Shown piece by piece: positions 39,870 through 53,715 of a stretch of DNA of 64,000 nucleotides (position 1 is the first letter of the stretch; every line of letters starts with the position of its first letter). The notes below the pieces were generated by a model. It saw only the letters and a program-made list of their open reading frames with translations. It was not told the origin of the DNA and ran no database searches. Both the position numbers and the translations under genes were made by a program. The DNA is taken from the NCBI RefSeq assembly GCF_006345805.1, contig NC_042997.1, forward strand, positions 88,102,001 through 88,166,000. Reading direction: 5' to 3'. This DNA comes from Octopus sinensis (Eukaryota).

Positions 39870-40085
39870 CATGTTAGCAAACTTCAAAATTGGTAAAAGT
39901 TATGGCTGAAAAAATATTTTTACTGCTATCTGCGGGTGCCTCGGGAAAAAATAAGTTGCCAAAACCCAGGTAGGATGGTGACGAATGTCCTCCTCAAATT
40001 GGAGCAACATGCATACTAATTTGTGGACATGCATAAACTACATTCACGTACACACACACACCTTCTGCCTTTTATATATACAGAT
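39870..40085 (-). mobile_element. Possible Helitron/HINE-type 5' end
   Basis: Minus strand starts ATCTGTATATATAAAAGGCAGAAGG(TG)n, similar in architecture to the 5' end at 24400. Confidence 0.35.
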
Positions 40086-41264
40086 ACACTAATCACATCA
40101 CTGGACAATTCTCCTTTCTTTCTACAAACCTCCATGGGCACACATTATATCAACATCCTATACTAAGAGTCTATCAAGACTTTGTTGCATCTTAAGATTT
40201 CCAACACTCTTCCTTTCTATACATTAATGATTTACTTTCTTTACTGCAAATTCTACAAATACTATCTCAGATGTTACTACACTTCACTTCCAAAATTGGG
40301 TATCTTCTGCATACAACATAGATAATTTCTGCCAGGGGTTCTGCTTCCATGACAGCAATTCAGAAAATTTCCTCAGTAAGAAGGGCCACATAAAAGCATT
40401 GGTAGGAGTGCTGGTGTCACATGAAAAGCACTGGTGAAGGTGCCATGTTAAAAGCATTAGTGATGGTTCCACATAAAAAGCACCCAATACACTCTGTAAA
40501 GCAGTTGGTATTAGGAAGGGCATCCAGCCATAGAAACCAAGCCAAAATAGACTATGGAACCTGGTGCAGCCCCTGGCCTTGCTAGTTCCTGTCAAACCAT
40601 CCATCCTATGCCATCTAGGAAAATATATTTTAAATGTTGATGAGATGATGAAGAAAAAGAAAAACATGATGACCTAATCCTCAATAGAATGAAGAGATGC
40701 TAGAATTGCTCACATATCTGATATTTTCCTGCCACAGTATACACAAAAATAAATGCATAGCAAAGAATTACTTTTGTCTGATTGGTAAGGATTCACTCAC
40801 CAACAAACTACAACCTCTAGAACCAATGTTACTTCACCTATTCAACCAATACTACAACAGCCACTATTCCTCTAAACTAAAACCCCAAACATATTCCACT
40901 CTGCTTGAGCCTTCTGATGCACATATCTCTCCTCCCCTCGTCATGATTCTATACTAAACAATCTGTTTGAACACTTCTCAAAAGTGCAGTTCTCTGGAAT
41001 TTTTTTTTATTACATATCAATGCTAATATATTTCATACAGTTGTCACTGCTAAATATCAACTATATCAATCTCTCCTGTCTAACTGGGCCAGCCAGGGGG
41101 ACTGCCTTTTTTTTCTTCAACCAATTAATAAACATATTTTTAAAAATCATGTGGTAAAAAAGTCTTCATCAAATTCCTCGCTGTCTTTAAAATTGAGGCC
41201 TCATATTTTAAATAAACATTTTCTCTTCTCTTTCTTGGACATACACTGATATAGGTTTGACTGC

Positions 41265-41520
41265 AGTAATCCCACAAGTATTTCTCTTATCAGTATGGCT
41301 TCTAAGGCATTGAAATATATGATGAGTTTTTGTTCAACAATGTAATGCCGGAGGTGGGAGTCTGTTCAATAATGCAATGACAAATTTAGATGAGCTAAGA
41401 AACCTCTATATTGTCTCTTGACCAACTACAATTATCTGACATATCTTCAAAGTTCAATATACCATTTTTAAAATCAATGAATACACTGGATAAACTATTC
41501 TTAAAAATGGAGTAGAGTTA
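41265..41520 (+). mobile_element. Decayed CR1/L2-type RT fragment
   Basis: DCSNPTSISLISMASKALKYMMS resembles D.SNYRPISLLS..SK.LE.I; stops follow. Confidence 0.5.
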
Positions 41521-42217
41521 TTTGATGGTGGAAACTATAAAAACAACAGCAATGATGAAGACAGGGACATAATCAACAACTGCCAAGAGCAAGATTTGAA
41601 CTTATGATCTCTGGTCCATAAGTGCATTACCTGGAGCAATCAATCAGTGTACTAAACTGAAAATAATCTCATCCAATAATTCATCATTTACACTTTTCAT
41701 ATTTCTTCTTGCTGTACATTTTGTTCTTTTGTGACTATTTTAGTCTTATCTGATCCCCATCTCCTTAGTGCTTGTTCACACCACAATATCAACCAACTAT
41801 TTCTTACACAAAATCACTGTTTATCAGCAACCAGGAGAAAATTACTGCAATATTGCTACTTTTACTAAATTAGTTTCATTTTAACAATAGACATTATTTA
41901 AATAGAATGGTTTGGTAAATACACACACACACTAACATTTACAAATAATGTGTTCTGAAAATGTATGAAACAATGAGCACACAGCCTATAACCTTCCATT
42001 TGTTTATCTGTGTCTCTCTATATAAGGTGACAAACTGGCATTGTCATAGGCGTGTTGGATAGAATGTCTTATAGTGTTTTCTGACCTTTAGTACACTAAG
42101 TTCAAATCCCACTGAAGTCAGTTTGCCTTTTAACTCTTCAGAGTTGATAAAATCCCAGACAAGTCAAATATTGACCTCTCTGTCTCTCTCTCTCTGTCTC
42201 TCTCTCTCTCTCTGTCG

Positions 42218-42265
<48 letters not shown>

Positions 42266-42336
42266 CTATTCTTCCCTAAAAAATTATTGGTCAAGCTGTA
42301 TATGTGCATGTATGTTTTATATGTATGTGTCTATGT

Positions 42337-42655
42337 GAAGGCACGTGACTTAATGGTTAGGGTATTTGATTCACAATCATAGGGTGGTGAGTTTGATTCC
42401 CAGCAACACATTGTGTCCTTCAGCAAGACATTCTATTTCACGTTGCTCCAGTCCACTCAGCTGGTAAAAATTAGTAGTACTCGTATTTCAAAGGGCCAGC
42501 CTTGTCACACTCTGTATCACACTGCTTCTTCTTGAAAACTACCTTAAGGGTACATGTGTCTGTGGAGTGCTCAGCCACATGCACATTAATTTCACGAGCA
42601 GATTCTGTTGATCAGATCAACTGAAAACCTCATCATTGTAAGTGACAGTTTACAA
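42337..42655 (+). mobile_element. tRNA-derived SINE, near full length
   Basis: A-box GTGACTTAATGG, B-box GAGTTTGATTCCC, TGTGTCCTTCAGCAAGACA core. Confidence 0.7.
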
Positions 42656-43078
42656 TGTGTGATATATATATATATATATATATTCATCATCCTCATTTCA
42701 TGTCTGTCTTCTATTCTGACATGGTTGGAGGGTTTAACAGGAGCTGGCAAACCAGTGGAACATCTGTTTTTACTCATGAGGAATCTAGCAGAGGCTCCCT
42801 TCCATCTTATTTCTGATACACCACACACTTCTACATGCTGTCACTCCAGCATATCAATAATCTCACTTGTCCTTCGTTTCATTAAGCTGACATTGATGGT
42901 GGCGGCCCTGAAATTGTAGGAAAACAGTTGTGGAACTTTTGTCAGCACCTAAAAAGATTTGTGCAAATGCTTGCCAGCTGGCAGAGTGCTTTGGTATGTA
43001 TATATGTATGCATGTGCATACATATGTGTATATTTGTATGTGTGTGTGTATTTGTATATATATATATATATATATATT

Positions 43079-43123
<45 letters not shown>

Positions 43124-43221
43124 ATATACACATATATGTATGTATATATGTATGTGAGTGTGTATGATAGATCAGTAGCCACTACACACATTTTTGTCTC
43201 TCTTTGTTTCTTTCTGTGTTC

Positions 43222-43257
43222 CTTTCTGTGGAAGAGTGTAGGCTCGAAACGTAAAAG
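43222..43257 (+). ncRNA. Atypical minimal hammerhead-like fold inside a ~150-bp microsatellite-flanked element (~43195-43350)
   Basis: CUUU CUGUGGAA GAGU-GUAG-GCUC GAA ACGU A AAAG: stems I and II and palindromic helix III present; core deviates from CUGANGA (8 nt, A6 changed). Confidence 0.5.
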
Positions 43258-43347
43258 ACTTTTTCAATTCCTGAGCATTATACTAATACATCTGTTTGTT
43301 TTTCTACACCCCCTATCTTCTTCTTTTGTTTTTGTCGTGAATTCTCT

Positions 43348-43399
<52 letters not shown>

Positions 43400-46147
43400 T
43401 ATATATAAAATATATATATATATATAGTGGTTGTTGCATTAAATAGCTTACATGGATAATTTTTCATTGTTTCTTAAAGTAAGCAATGCTTTTTGGGGTT
43501 TTTTAACCACAGCTTAAAATCCAACAAAATTTGAAATTAGGTTTTGTCATTTCCTTTCTACTGTCTACAGAACAGATAACAGGCATTTGTTTGAATTTGT
43601 CCAAAGTCTTGCAGCATCATCAAAAGTAATTCTTCATCATCATCATCATCGTTTAATGACCATTTTCCATGCTGGCTTGGGTTGGACGGTTTGACTGAGG
43701 TCTGGAGAGCTAGCAGCTGCGCAAGGCTCCTGTCTGATCTGGCAATGTTTCTAAAGCTGGATGCCCTTCCTAGTGCCAACCACTCCAAGACTGTAGTGGG
43801 TGCTTTTTATGTGCCACTAGCACAGGAGCCACTCAGATGGGCCTGTCATCGATCACTTTCGGATGGTGCTTTTTAAGTGTCACCAGTACAAGAGCTAGTC
43901 AGGGGGTACTGGCATAAATAAATATGGTTTTCCTTAAAACATATTTAAATATCATACATATATATATATATTTAAATATATCGGTTGGCCAGATTAGTTT
44001 ATAGCTTATTACACAGATAGACTAAAAAATTCATCAACATGTCCTTGTTCCTCTTCCTTTTTCCCCTTTTACAATCTATTTGCAAATATCCGGTCAGCTT
44101 CTCCGACATAACCTTCTTGTTTTTCCTTCTAAATTTTTTTTTGCTAATATCTTTTTTGATGTTTTACTTTAATTTTTGACACCTACAAGAATGGTAATAC
44201 ATAACTATTTTAATTATTATTATTATTAATGTTTTTTCTTACATGTTTGTATTGCCATTTGAAATGGTCCTATGTGGAAATTAAATTCTAATTTGAACTT
44301 TTAACATCTCTTCTCCAATTTTATAATTGTTAGTAGAGTTTTTATAAGATTTTATCTTATACATGCCTATAACGAACTTTTTACTTATCATCATCATCAC
44401 AATGCAGCTAATCTTATGATAGAACAAAGGAAATTGTTCTTATTGGTTTTTCAGTTATTGTTACTATTTGTTGATCATAATTCCTAACAGAAGCATCATG
44501 GATTTCTCTTTTTTTTTTCTATACTCTGGTGATTGGAGGCAGAGTTTGAACTCAGAACATGCAGAACTGGATCAGATACCACAAGACATCCCATCTGATG
44601 TTCTTTCAACTTTGCCAATGGACTGGTGCTTTATCTATTGATCCCCAAAAGAAGGGAAAATTTGACATATCTATCTATCTACTATCTACTAATTTACCTA
44701 TCTGTATGTATGTATACTCATGTACATGTATTTTGCTGTATGTATACTCACATGCTAACAAAATAGCTACATACATCCATATATTTCCCCTTACATGTTT
44801 CCTTTGTTTGATGACATGGTCAATAAGATTTCATAGTGGAAACCTTTCTGAACCATTTTGTCTCATTGGCACCACATCTACCATCACTATCAAAATTCCT
44901 CCATAAGCTTTACAGAATTCTTCATTTTTTATTCTCCTTGATCGATTGGTTCTGCTACCTTGCCTCCACAATAATTCCACTCATTGATTGAAGCATTTTT
45001 TTTTTTCTCCTTATTCCTTTTCTTTACCTTTCTCTTATAGCCAGTTCTTTAAGAAAATATTGAAATTTTCAATGCTGAAAAAAATTCCCCATCAACTTGA
45101 CCAAAACAGCAGACAATTTCATTACATATTTACAAAGAGATGAAAACAGCATTATTTTCTGCAGTTTCTATTCATTTGTTATTATATAATTCTTTTAATT
45201 TAACTTCATTTGTATTCTGTCTGTTTGGGCAATGTTTGGAAAGAGAATTTTTTTTCATTGTTTGTTGTATGCATTGTTTTGTTTTGTTTTATTTGTTTCT
45301 TTGTATTCTTCCTTTTTGATTCTTCATTATTTTTTCTTTTGAAATTTAAAGGAGATTGGTGGGATGTGCACAAAAAGAAATATTAAGTGAGAGAGATACA
45401 CAGCAAATTAGTGAAAGAAAGATGAGGAAAAGGAAGTAGAATTTGAGACAGAAAAAAAAAGGAAGTGAGAATTAGAGGCACAATGATGTATATATGGAGA
45501 GAATGATAAAGAGAAAGAAATATATAAGGAGAGTGACAGGATATTAGTGAGACTAAAATAAAATATAGTGTTGCCAATTAACTACAGAATGTTCTAGAAA
45601 AGTTTAATGCACAATTTCTATTTGTGTAACATTAAGAAATTGTGTCTGAATCAAGAAATTTGGAATTTAAATTCAAAGTATTTTTACTTAGAAAAGTTTT
45701 TAAAAAATAGCATGTTTACATTGCTTCTATGTAATCAAGAGGTCACAGAACAAAATAAGGATAACATTAACTTCTCAAATAGTTGGTTTGACTTCATATG
45801 TCTTGATAGTGCGTTATTGAGCTAGTCACTTAAAATTCTATTTCTATCTTCTTCTAAGAGAGGAAGTGGATATTACCAGTGGAAGTTAACTCAGGTGTGT
45901 TCTAATAATGATAGATAATTAAGAGAAAGTGTTTATTCTTGACAGTTAATACTGATCTTCTTCTAGCAGAATCCAGGAATATAAATAGATGATGTGTATG
46001 TGTGTATGTTGCAGGATCAGCAAAGAAGTACAAAACCCAGAGTAGCAACAAAGACTAATCTGAAGACTATAATAAATAATTGCCTTCTGCTTCGATATGA
46101 AGTACTTTTTCCTTTCGCTTGTACATTTGAGCGCACATGTTCTAAAT

Positions 46148-47556
46148 AGTCCTCCAGGCAATAACAGAGCAATTTAAGACAGGCTCTATGCTGATGACTT
46201 TGTTCTTAAAACTGAATCACTACCAGAACTAGAGAAGTTTCCAGTATGGAAGCAAGGTTTAGAATCGAAGGGCCTTGGAGTTAACCTACCAAAAACCAAA
46301 GTCTTAGTAGGTAGGAAGCCAGAGAAATCACAAATCCCTTCAAGTTGGTGGCTCTGCTCAATCTGTGGAAAAGGCATAGGTAGAAGCTCCATAAGATGTA
46401 CCCAGTGTAAGCTATGGACACATAAGAGGTGCAGCAATATTAGAGGAAGGTTAATAAAGAAAATAACTTTTGTGTGCAGAAGATGCACAAATACAATAAA
46501 CACCAAAGATGTACAGGAAATAGACTCCATCAACTGCCAGGGGAGTAAGCTAGAGATAGGAGATAGCTCCCCTTATCTAGGTGACCAAGTTAGTAGTGGA
46601 TGTGGATGCTCTGAGAGCATAACTGAGAATAAGAATAGGCTGGGAAAAGTTTAGAGAGCTCCTACCTCTACTGGCAACAAAAGGCCTCTCCCTCACATAT
46701 TGTAGGATGCCTGTGTGTGAACAGCTATGCTACATGGCAGTGAAACATAGGCTGTGACAGCCAAAGACATGTAGGCTTGAAAGAAATGAAGCCAGTATGC
46801 TTTGCTGGATGTGCGATGTCAGTGTGCATGTTTGACAGGATGTAAGCATATTAGGAGAAAAGTTGGGCATAAGAGGCATCAGATGTGATGTGCAAGAGAT
46901 ACAACTGTGCTGGTATGGTCATGTGATGTATTTGGACAAGGACAGCTATGTAAGGAAGTGCTAATCTCTAACTGTGAAGGGAACTTGTGGTAGAGGTGGA
47001 CCCAGAAAGATAGGGAAGAGGTAGTGAAACATGATCTTTGAACTTTGGGCGTCATACAGGCAATGACTAGTGATCGAGATCTTTGGCAATATGCTGTGCT
47101 TGAGAGATCCTGTCAAGCCAAGTGAAATCATAGTCAAGGCCGATGCTGGTGTCACATAAATGGCACCTGTATCAGTGGCTTGTAAAAAGTACCTTTCATG
47201 TGTTGGGCCTCATGGAGGCAAAGTGGCTGATGCCAGTGGCATGTGAAAAGCTCCTTTCAAGTGTTGAACTTTACGGAGGCAATGACAAATGACCAAGACT
47301 TTTGGCATTATGTTGTGCTTGAGAAGAAGACCTATCAAGCCAAGTAAAATTACAGTCATCAGATACTGGTCTCATGCAAATGGTACCTGTGGCATGTAAA
47401 AGCACCTGTTACAATCTTGGAATGGTTGGTGTTAGGAAGAGCTGTAGAAACCATACCAAATCAGACTGGAGTCTACTGCAGCCTTCCAGCTTGCCAGCCC
47501 AGGTCAAACCACCGAACCCATGCCAGCATGGACAACAGATGTCAAATGATGATGAT
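46148..47556 (+). mobile_element. 5'-truncated RTE-type LINE: RT motif C onward, PHD-like insertion, 3' UTR, (ATG)n tail
   Basis: Open frame 46184-46654: LYADDFVL..WKQGLESKGLGVNLPKTKVL..CSICGKG..CTQCKLWTHKRC..FVCRRC..YLGDQVSSG; later decayed W.GHV.R.D / RGTCGRGGPRK..V..DL. Confidence 0.9.
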
Positions 47557-48005
47557 ATATATATATATATACGTATATATGTATATATATTGTGTGTGTG
47601 TGAAAGCATGTGACCTGGTGGTTAGAGTGTTGCACTCACATTCACAAGGTTGCAGCAGTTTTTATTCTGACTGGCAGTGCATTTTGATCTTGGGCAAAAC
47701 ACTTCATTTCATGTTGCTCCTGTTCACTCAGCTATAATTTGGTAACCTTGCAATGGCCTGGTATTTCATTTAGAAGGAATGTTGGCTTGCTCACCTAGCC
47801 AGTAGGCTGACATCATTTGGAAGCTACAACAATGCCAAGAAGCACATTGTGACCAGCAGTGTATAACATCTAATTGTCTAGTCCATGCAATGATACAGTA
47901 GCAAATATATGCATACACACACACATGTGGAGACACGTACAAGGCTTAGTGGTTGTGGTGTTGGACTCATGATTGTAAGATTGTAGTTTCAATTGGTACT
48001 TTGCC

Positions 48006-48147
48006 CAAATCCGAAAGCTTGCAGATCATTGGCAGAAGTTCATGGAAAATGATGGTCTTTATTTTGAAGAATAGCTGTTGTTTTTGAATAAATTGCATAA
48101 AAATTCGTTATTTTAACATGGCACACAAACTTTTTCCTCAACCTAGT
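48006..48147 (+). mobile_element. Mariner 3' end (transposase C-terminus and right TIR)
   Basis: QIRKLADHWQKFMENDGLYFEE* matches GI.KL..RW.K.V..DG.YFE; TIR reverse complement TAGGTTGAGGAAAAAGT. Confidence 0.7.
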
Positions 48148-48813
48148 TTTATAACAAGGCAATCAAATATATAATAAAACAATAATTTGAGATTTCTGTC
48201 AAACGGAAAATAGTCAAATGCAAAACTTTTGGATATATATCATCTTTTTTTATATATTTTACTTGTTTTATATATTTTGGTTGTTTCAGTTATTCAACTC
48301 TAACCATTTTCACAAAATTAGCAAAATAGCATTGTGACAAAACATTGTGGAATGATGAGTACCAGTGTCCTGCTTCTTCTTGACACTGCCCCAGTTCTCA
48401 TAGGTTCAAAAACCTACTTCACCTAGCCTATCTAGTAGATCTTGCTTATTGCAATTTTCACCTGTTGCCAAATTACAGGATTTAGTCACAATGTTTTTTG
48501 TTTTTTCATGTCTGGTATTTATTCTATCAATCACTCTTGCTGAACTGCTAGGTTATAGAGACATAAACAAACTAACACTGGTTATCAAGTTGTGGTGAGG
48601 GAAAAACACAAAGACACACTCACACATATATGTATGTTATGGGCTTCTTAACAGTTTCCATCTACTATATTTACTCACCAATCATTGATCAGCCTGGGGT
48701 TGTATTAGAAGACACCTGTGGTGCTGTGCAGTGGAACTAAACCCAAAACCACATGGTCACAAAGCGAGCTTCTTAACCACACAGCTATGCCTGCACCCAA
48801 AACCAAAATCAGG

Positions 48814-48852
<39 letters not shown>

Positions 48853-51358
48853 AGAAAAGAGAGGAAAGTTATTGGCTGATTAAAATCTTTGTGTGTGGAA
48901 AAGTATGTGGAACAATGATTAGTTAACTAGAAATTGAATAGACAGATGTCACAGAATGTTTTGTATTATTTTTTGATTATGAACTATTATGCAATGATAT
49001 CCAGAGAGAGGTGAAAACAGTAAATTGTTTGCATTTAAGGGGTTTGAGCAAAAAAATTATCACTGACAAAATACAATTTCATAAGACAGTCCTTCTGTTG
49101 CAAAAACAACTCTTCCCAAAACTTGAAAGGTTAATTTCTATTAATATTTTAGTTAAATGTCATTTGGCTTCTCTATACACAAAGAGCAATGGCCTCCAAA
49201 CTCTGAAAGGCATCATCTAATTAATGCCAAGTGAATTTCTTTACTTTGTTAAACATTTACATAGAAACTATTATGAATGCAAATTACATATCATTTATTC
49301 ATGATTGATAAAGTAATTTTATTTTCTATTTCTTGCTAAACATTTTGAGTTTTCTTCATTAACAACTTTTTGCATATGTTTCTGTGTTTTGTTTACTTTT
49401 TTGTTTAATGAAAAAAACTCAACACATGGCATTAAAGTTGCAAGTTTTTAGCTCTTTACCTATCAAATCTATTCTGCCAAAATCCTTTACTTTCTTATCT
49501 CTAATATTTATCTGATCTTGTGTTTTCGAATACCAACAGGTTAGTAATTGTGCTGAAATACCATAGTTTAGAATTACCTTATATGTCAGCTATTAACCTC
49601 TCTTCCCACAGACATTTTCTATCAATACATATATTTGCTTTGCTTCATTCCTATGGATGGAAAAGGCTGGCATCAGTTACTCAATTTCTAATTTCTTGCA
49701 AGTCTCAAGTAAGGCACTTATTTAAAAAACAGAAAAGGCAGAAACTCTCTCTAATCCATATCTGAGGAGAATAGCAGATGTCAAAATATTGACAACAGTT
49801 GCAAAACTTGTAACAAATCAGCATCACAAACTAATGAAGGAACCTATGCCTTGATACTCATTATGCTAAAAATTACTGCCAAGTTGCTATGAAGCTACAC
49901 TCTACCATTTCATGAAAAGAGAATATTGGATAATGTAGTCCTAGATATATATATTGCCTGGAAAAAAGACAGAATGCTCATAGTTGGAATACCTTTGATA
50001 TTAAGTTTATTTAAGTAGGCTCAACTTTGTGCAAAAGAACAATAATAAGGATAAGCCAGTGGAGGGAGGGAGTTCTACAGGGTAATTTCATTTGCTAGAA
50101 ATAGCAGCTAAATATCCTTCAAGTTATACCCTACTGTTAGAATAACACATTGGACAGTATAACTATAGATATATAAAAAGACAAGCTGGTCTTGACTGAA
50201 AGACTTTGCCTCATAGGTTTGCTCAATCAAAAATGACCAGGGACTAAGCAACAATTAACAGCAACCATTATCATCATCATCATCATTTAAATATCTGCAT
50301 TTTTTTTCTAAGGTCACAAACTGGCAGAGACTTTTGAGTTGGTTAGATTGTAATATTTGTTCCAACTCTTTTTGCTCTGAGTTTAAATCCTGCTTAAGTC
50401 AACTTTGCTTTTCATCTTTTTGGATTTGCTTAGAAAAAAGTACCATTCCTGGACAGTGGATTGGCAGTGTATTAGAGGGTTAGATGAGATGCTTTGCAAT
50501 ATCTGTCTCGGTACTTTGCTTTCTGACAGTGACATCTACAATGATGCTAATGCTGGTCTGTATTGTCCCATATCAGCAGCCTTTCTTTCGGATAAACATC
50601 AGTGAATTTGAGAGAAGAGACCTGCATAACTACTAATCTCTTCCACAAAAGATGCTGCTCAGTCCTGTGCTCACATGTGCAGATGCATGGTCACTCTTGA
50701 CTGAAGGAGATCCTAGATATTTTACTGCATTGAAGTTTAATTTTAATAATTATTTCTTTTGTTACTTGATAGTTCTTGCATTTTCTTCCAGTATCCACAA
50801 ATATACCAAATAATGTTTACAAATAATTTATTTTTTGTACCACACATAATAAAGCATTTTTGCAAAAAGAAAGCTGATTATTTTAACAGTAGTAAGTTCT
50901 TTCTCAAAGTTTAGTACAGGCATGGGCAATCTTTCCTGAGAAGTGAGTTGCATAAGACATGGCTTATCATCAGGTGGATCATTCTAATAAAAAAAATTTA
51001 ACACATGTTTTTTTTCCTCATGAAATTTGGCATGCTATTCAGAAAGTCTGAAGGTTGCAGTTTGCCCATGACTTGTTTATTATAACAACTTCTTGGTTAA
51101 CACTTTTGACTTCAAAAAATTCCTTCCCAGATCTTTCCCCATCATTTGGCCAAAAAATCTTCCATTTTGCTTTTGTTTCTATGGAGTATCAATATAATTA
51201 CAGTCCACTACATCCTGTTTTTCATTATTTTAATTAATTTATATTTAGGGTTGTCTCCTCTGTCTGTCTTAACCAGAATTAGTCTTTAATGTAATAATTT
51301 TTCTTTCCATCATTATGCACATAATTTTAATTAATCAAAATTTCCTGATTCCCTTCAG

Positions 51359-51505
51359 TAACTCTTTAGCATTCAAATTATTCTGTCAAGTGTAATGCTT
51401 TTTTATTCACATTGTTCTGAATTAGTCATGCATTATCTCAAAGATAACTTCAATGATATGATTGTTTAATTTTAAAACAACGTTATAGGGCAGGTGTGAG
51501 AGGCC
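51359..51505 (-). mobile_element. Truncated piggyBac-like MITE
   Basis: TAACTCTTTAGCATTCAAATTATTCTGTC..GGTGTGAGAGGCC; one TIR only. Confidence 0.6.
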
Positions 51506-53384
51506 ACAGGTGTGAAGTATTAAATGTTTTACTTTACCACTTTACTATTTGATTTCATGCAGCAAGTATCTTTGAGTATTTTCCCCACCATTCTTTTCAG
51601 TTATCATCTCACTCAGTGTTTAATCACTAAAATCTTATATTCTCTGTCATCATTTTAAGATCTGGCTTTAATGTTGATGAGGTTTAATACTATAGAAACA
51701 TGTCTGGAGTTGTCACAGTAGTATCAAAAATCAGACAACATTGTATTTCTAATTAATATTGAGATTAGTCAGTAAGATAATCATTTTTTCCCTTATTCTG
51801 GATGTTGATTAGTTAAAATTTTTTTTCTCACCACATTAAGTACATAAACATCCATTTTTGTACAATTATACAAAGTAATTTAGAAGTCTCTTTAGCATTT
51901 AAATGATAAAGTATCAAGGATTTTCTGTTCATTACAATCAAAATAAAATTCAATTTCATGATGCTGAGATATATTAAGAGATGACTAGATATTATATTAT
52001 ATTTATTTATATATTTTGTTATATTATACTTGTATTTTATATATTAATTTACTTCATTAAGAGATTGCTAGTTTAGTCATCTCTTAAAAGAGATGATGAT
52101 CAAGTACAAGGGATTAATGGAGGTAGTAACGATATTGCTGTTATTGTTTAGTTTCAGGTGAACTCTGATCAAGCAGATCAATTGTCAAAGGAATTCCAGC
52201 TATAATCACATTGTCTAGATGTAAATTACCTTTCTTGATTTAAGATGGTAGAGTGCTATGTCAATGAGATTAGGGTATATCTAACTGGTGAGTTAATTCT
52301 GTAGTGGCTCTTTTATAACTGACAAATGCTTTATTAAATTGTACTACCAGGCTCAAATTCTCCCATTGGTTACTGGAGAGATGGATATCATCAAGAGTAC
52401 TATTATCAACTAAGATATCCAAACATTATCAGCACTCAATGACCTTTCTCAGAGTTATAGTACAATTTTATGGAAGCTGTATATTTCTTTGTGTGGAGTA
52501 ATACTGGTTTCAGATTTTGGTACAAGGCCAGCAATTTCAAGGGAGAGAGTAAGCTGATTACATCGACCCCAGTTTTCAGCTGCTACTTATCTTATCTCCA
52601 AAAGGGATGAAAGGTAAAGTTGACCTCAGCAGAATTTGGAACTGGAACGTAAAGATGGATGCAATGTCACTAAGCATTTTTCCCAGTATGCTAACAATTC
52701 TGTCAGCATGTCCCCTTTGTAGGGAGTAATATTAATGTTTATATTATAAGTATGCTTCAAGCATATTAAGTAACATTCCAGTTAATTTTGTTTGTCAATC
52801 CTTAATTTCTGAACGGTTGAGAAGTTCATTTATAACCACATGATTCTGGATTTGATTTCACTGCATAGCACCTTGGGCAATGTCTTCTACTATTGCTTCA
52901 GGTTTACTAATACCTTGTGAGTGGAATTTGGTAGAGAGAAATTGTGTAGAAATCAGTTGTATGTGTAGATGTACAGCTTTTGCTAATGTATATTGAGGAA
53001 GATAGTGAACATCATTGAAAAATCTAACGTTCTTTGAAGTTCTTTGTGAAATAAAGTTCTTTGCATTGAGTTATTCTTGACATCAGAACTGTTGGAATTC
53101 AGTGACTGATTCATTGGAAACCTGTGATAAACAGTACTGGTTTCCAAATAGTAGAATAAAATTATATAATAATAGTAAATAAACCTCATTTGTCTGTTCT
53201 TGATTGTTTACTTCTAAGCATAAGCTACAAGTGAATATGTGTCAACCTAAAGGTGGCCCAATAAACTCTAAAATCTGAAAGTGGAGTTATCATTCTTCAT
53301 CTGCCAAGAAAGTTTACCTTATAAGTTAGTAAGCTGTGAGACTAGATATTTTCAAGGTTTATTTATATTATTAACAGTGGATAT

Positions 53385-53715
53385 GAGCACATGGCTCAGT
53401 GGTTAGAGCATCGGACTCACAATTATGAGGTAGTGAGTTTGATTCCTGGACCAAGCTGTGTGTTGTATTCTTTAGGAAGACACTTTATTTCACATTACTT
53501 CAGTTTATTCAGCTGTAGAAATGAGTTGCAACATCACTGGTGCCAAGCTATATCAGCCTCTGCCTTTCCTTGGATAATATTAGTGGTGTGGAGAGAAGAA
53601 GATGGTATGCATGGGCAACTGCTGGTCTTCCATAAACAACCTTGCCCAGACTTGTTCCTCAGAGGGTATTTTTCTAGGTGCAATCTTGTGGTCATTCATG
53701 ACCAAAAAGGGTCTA
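53385..53715 (+). mobile_element. tRNA-derived SINE with clear Pol III boxes
   Basis: A-box TGGCTCAGTGG (53392-53402), B-box GAGTTTGATTCC (53435-53446); no acceptor stem, so not a tRNA gene. Confidence 0.75.
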
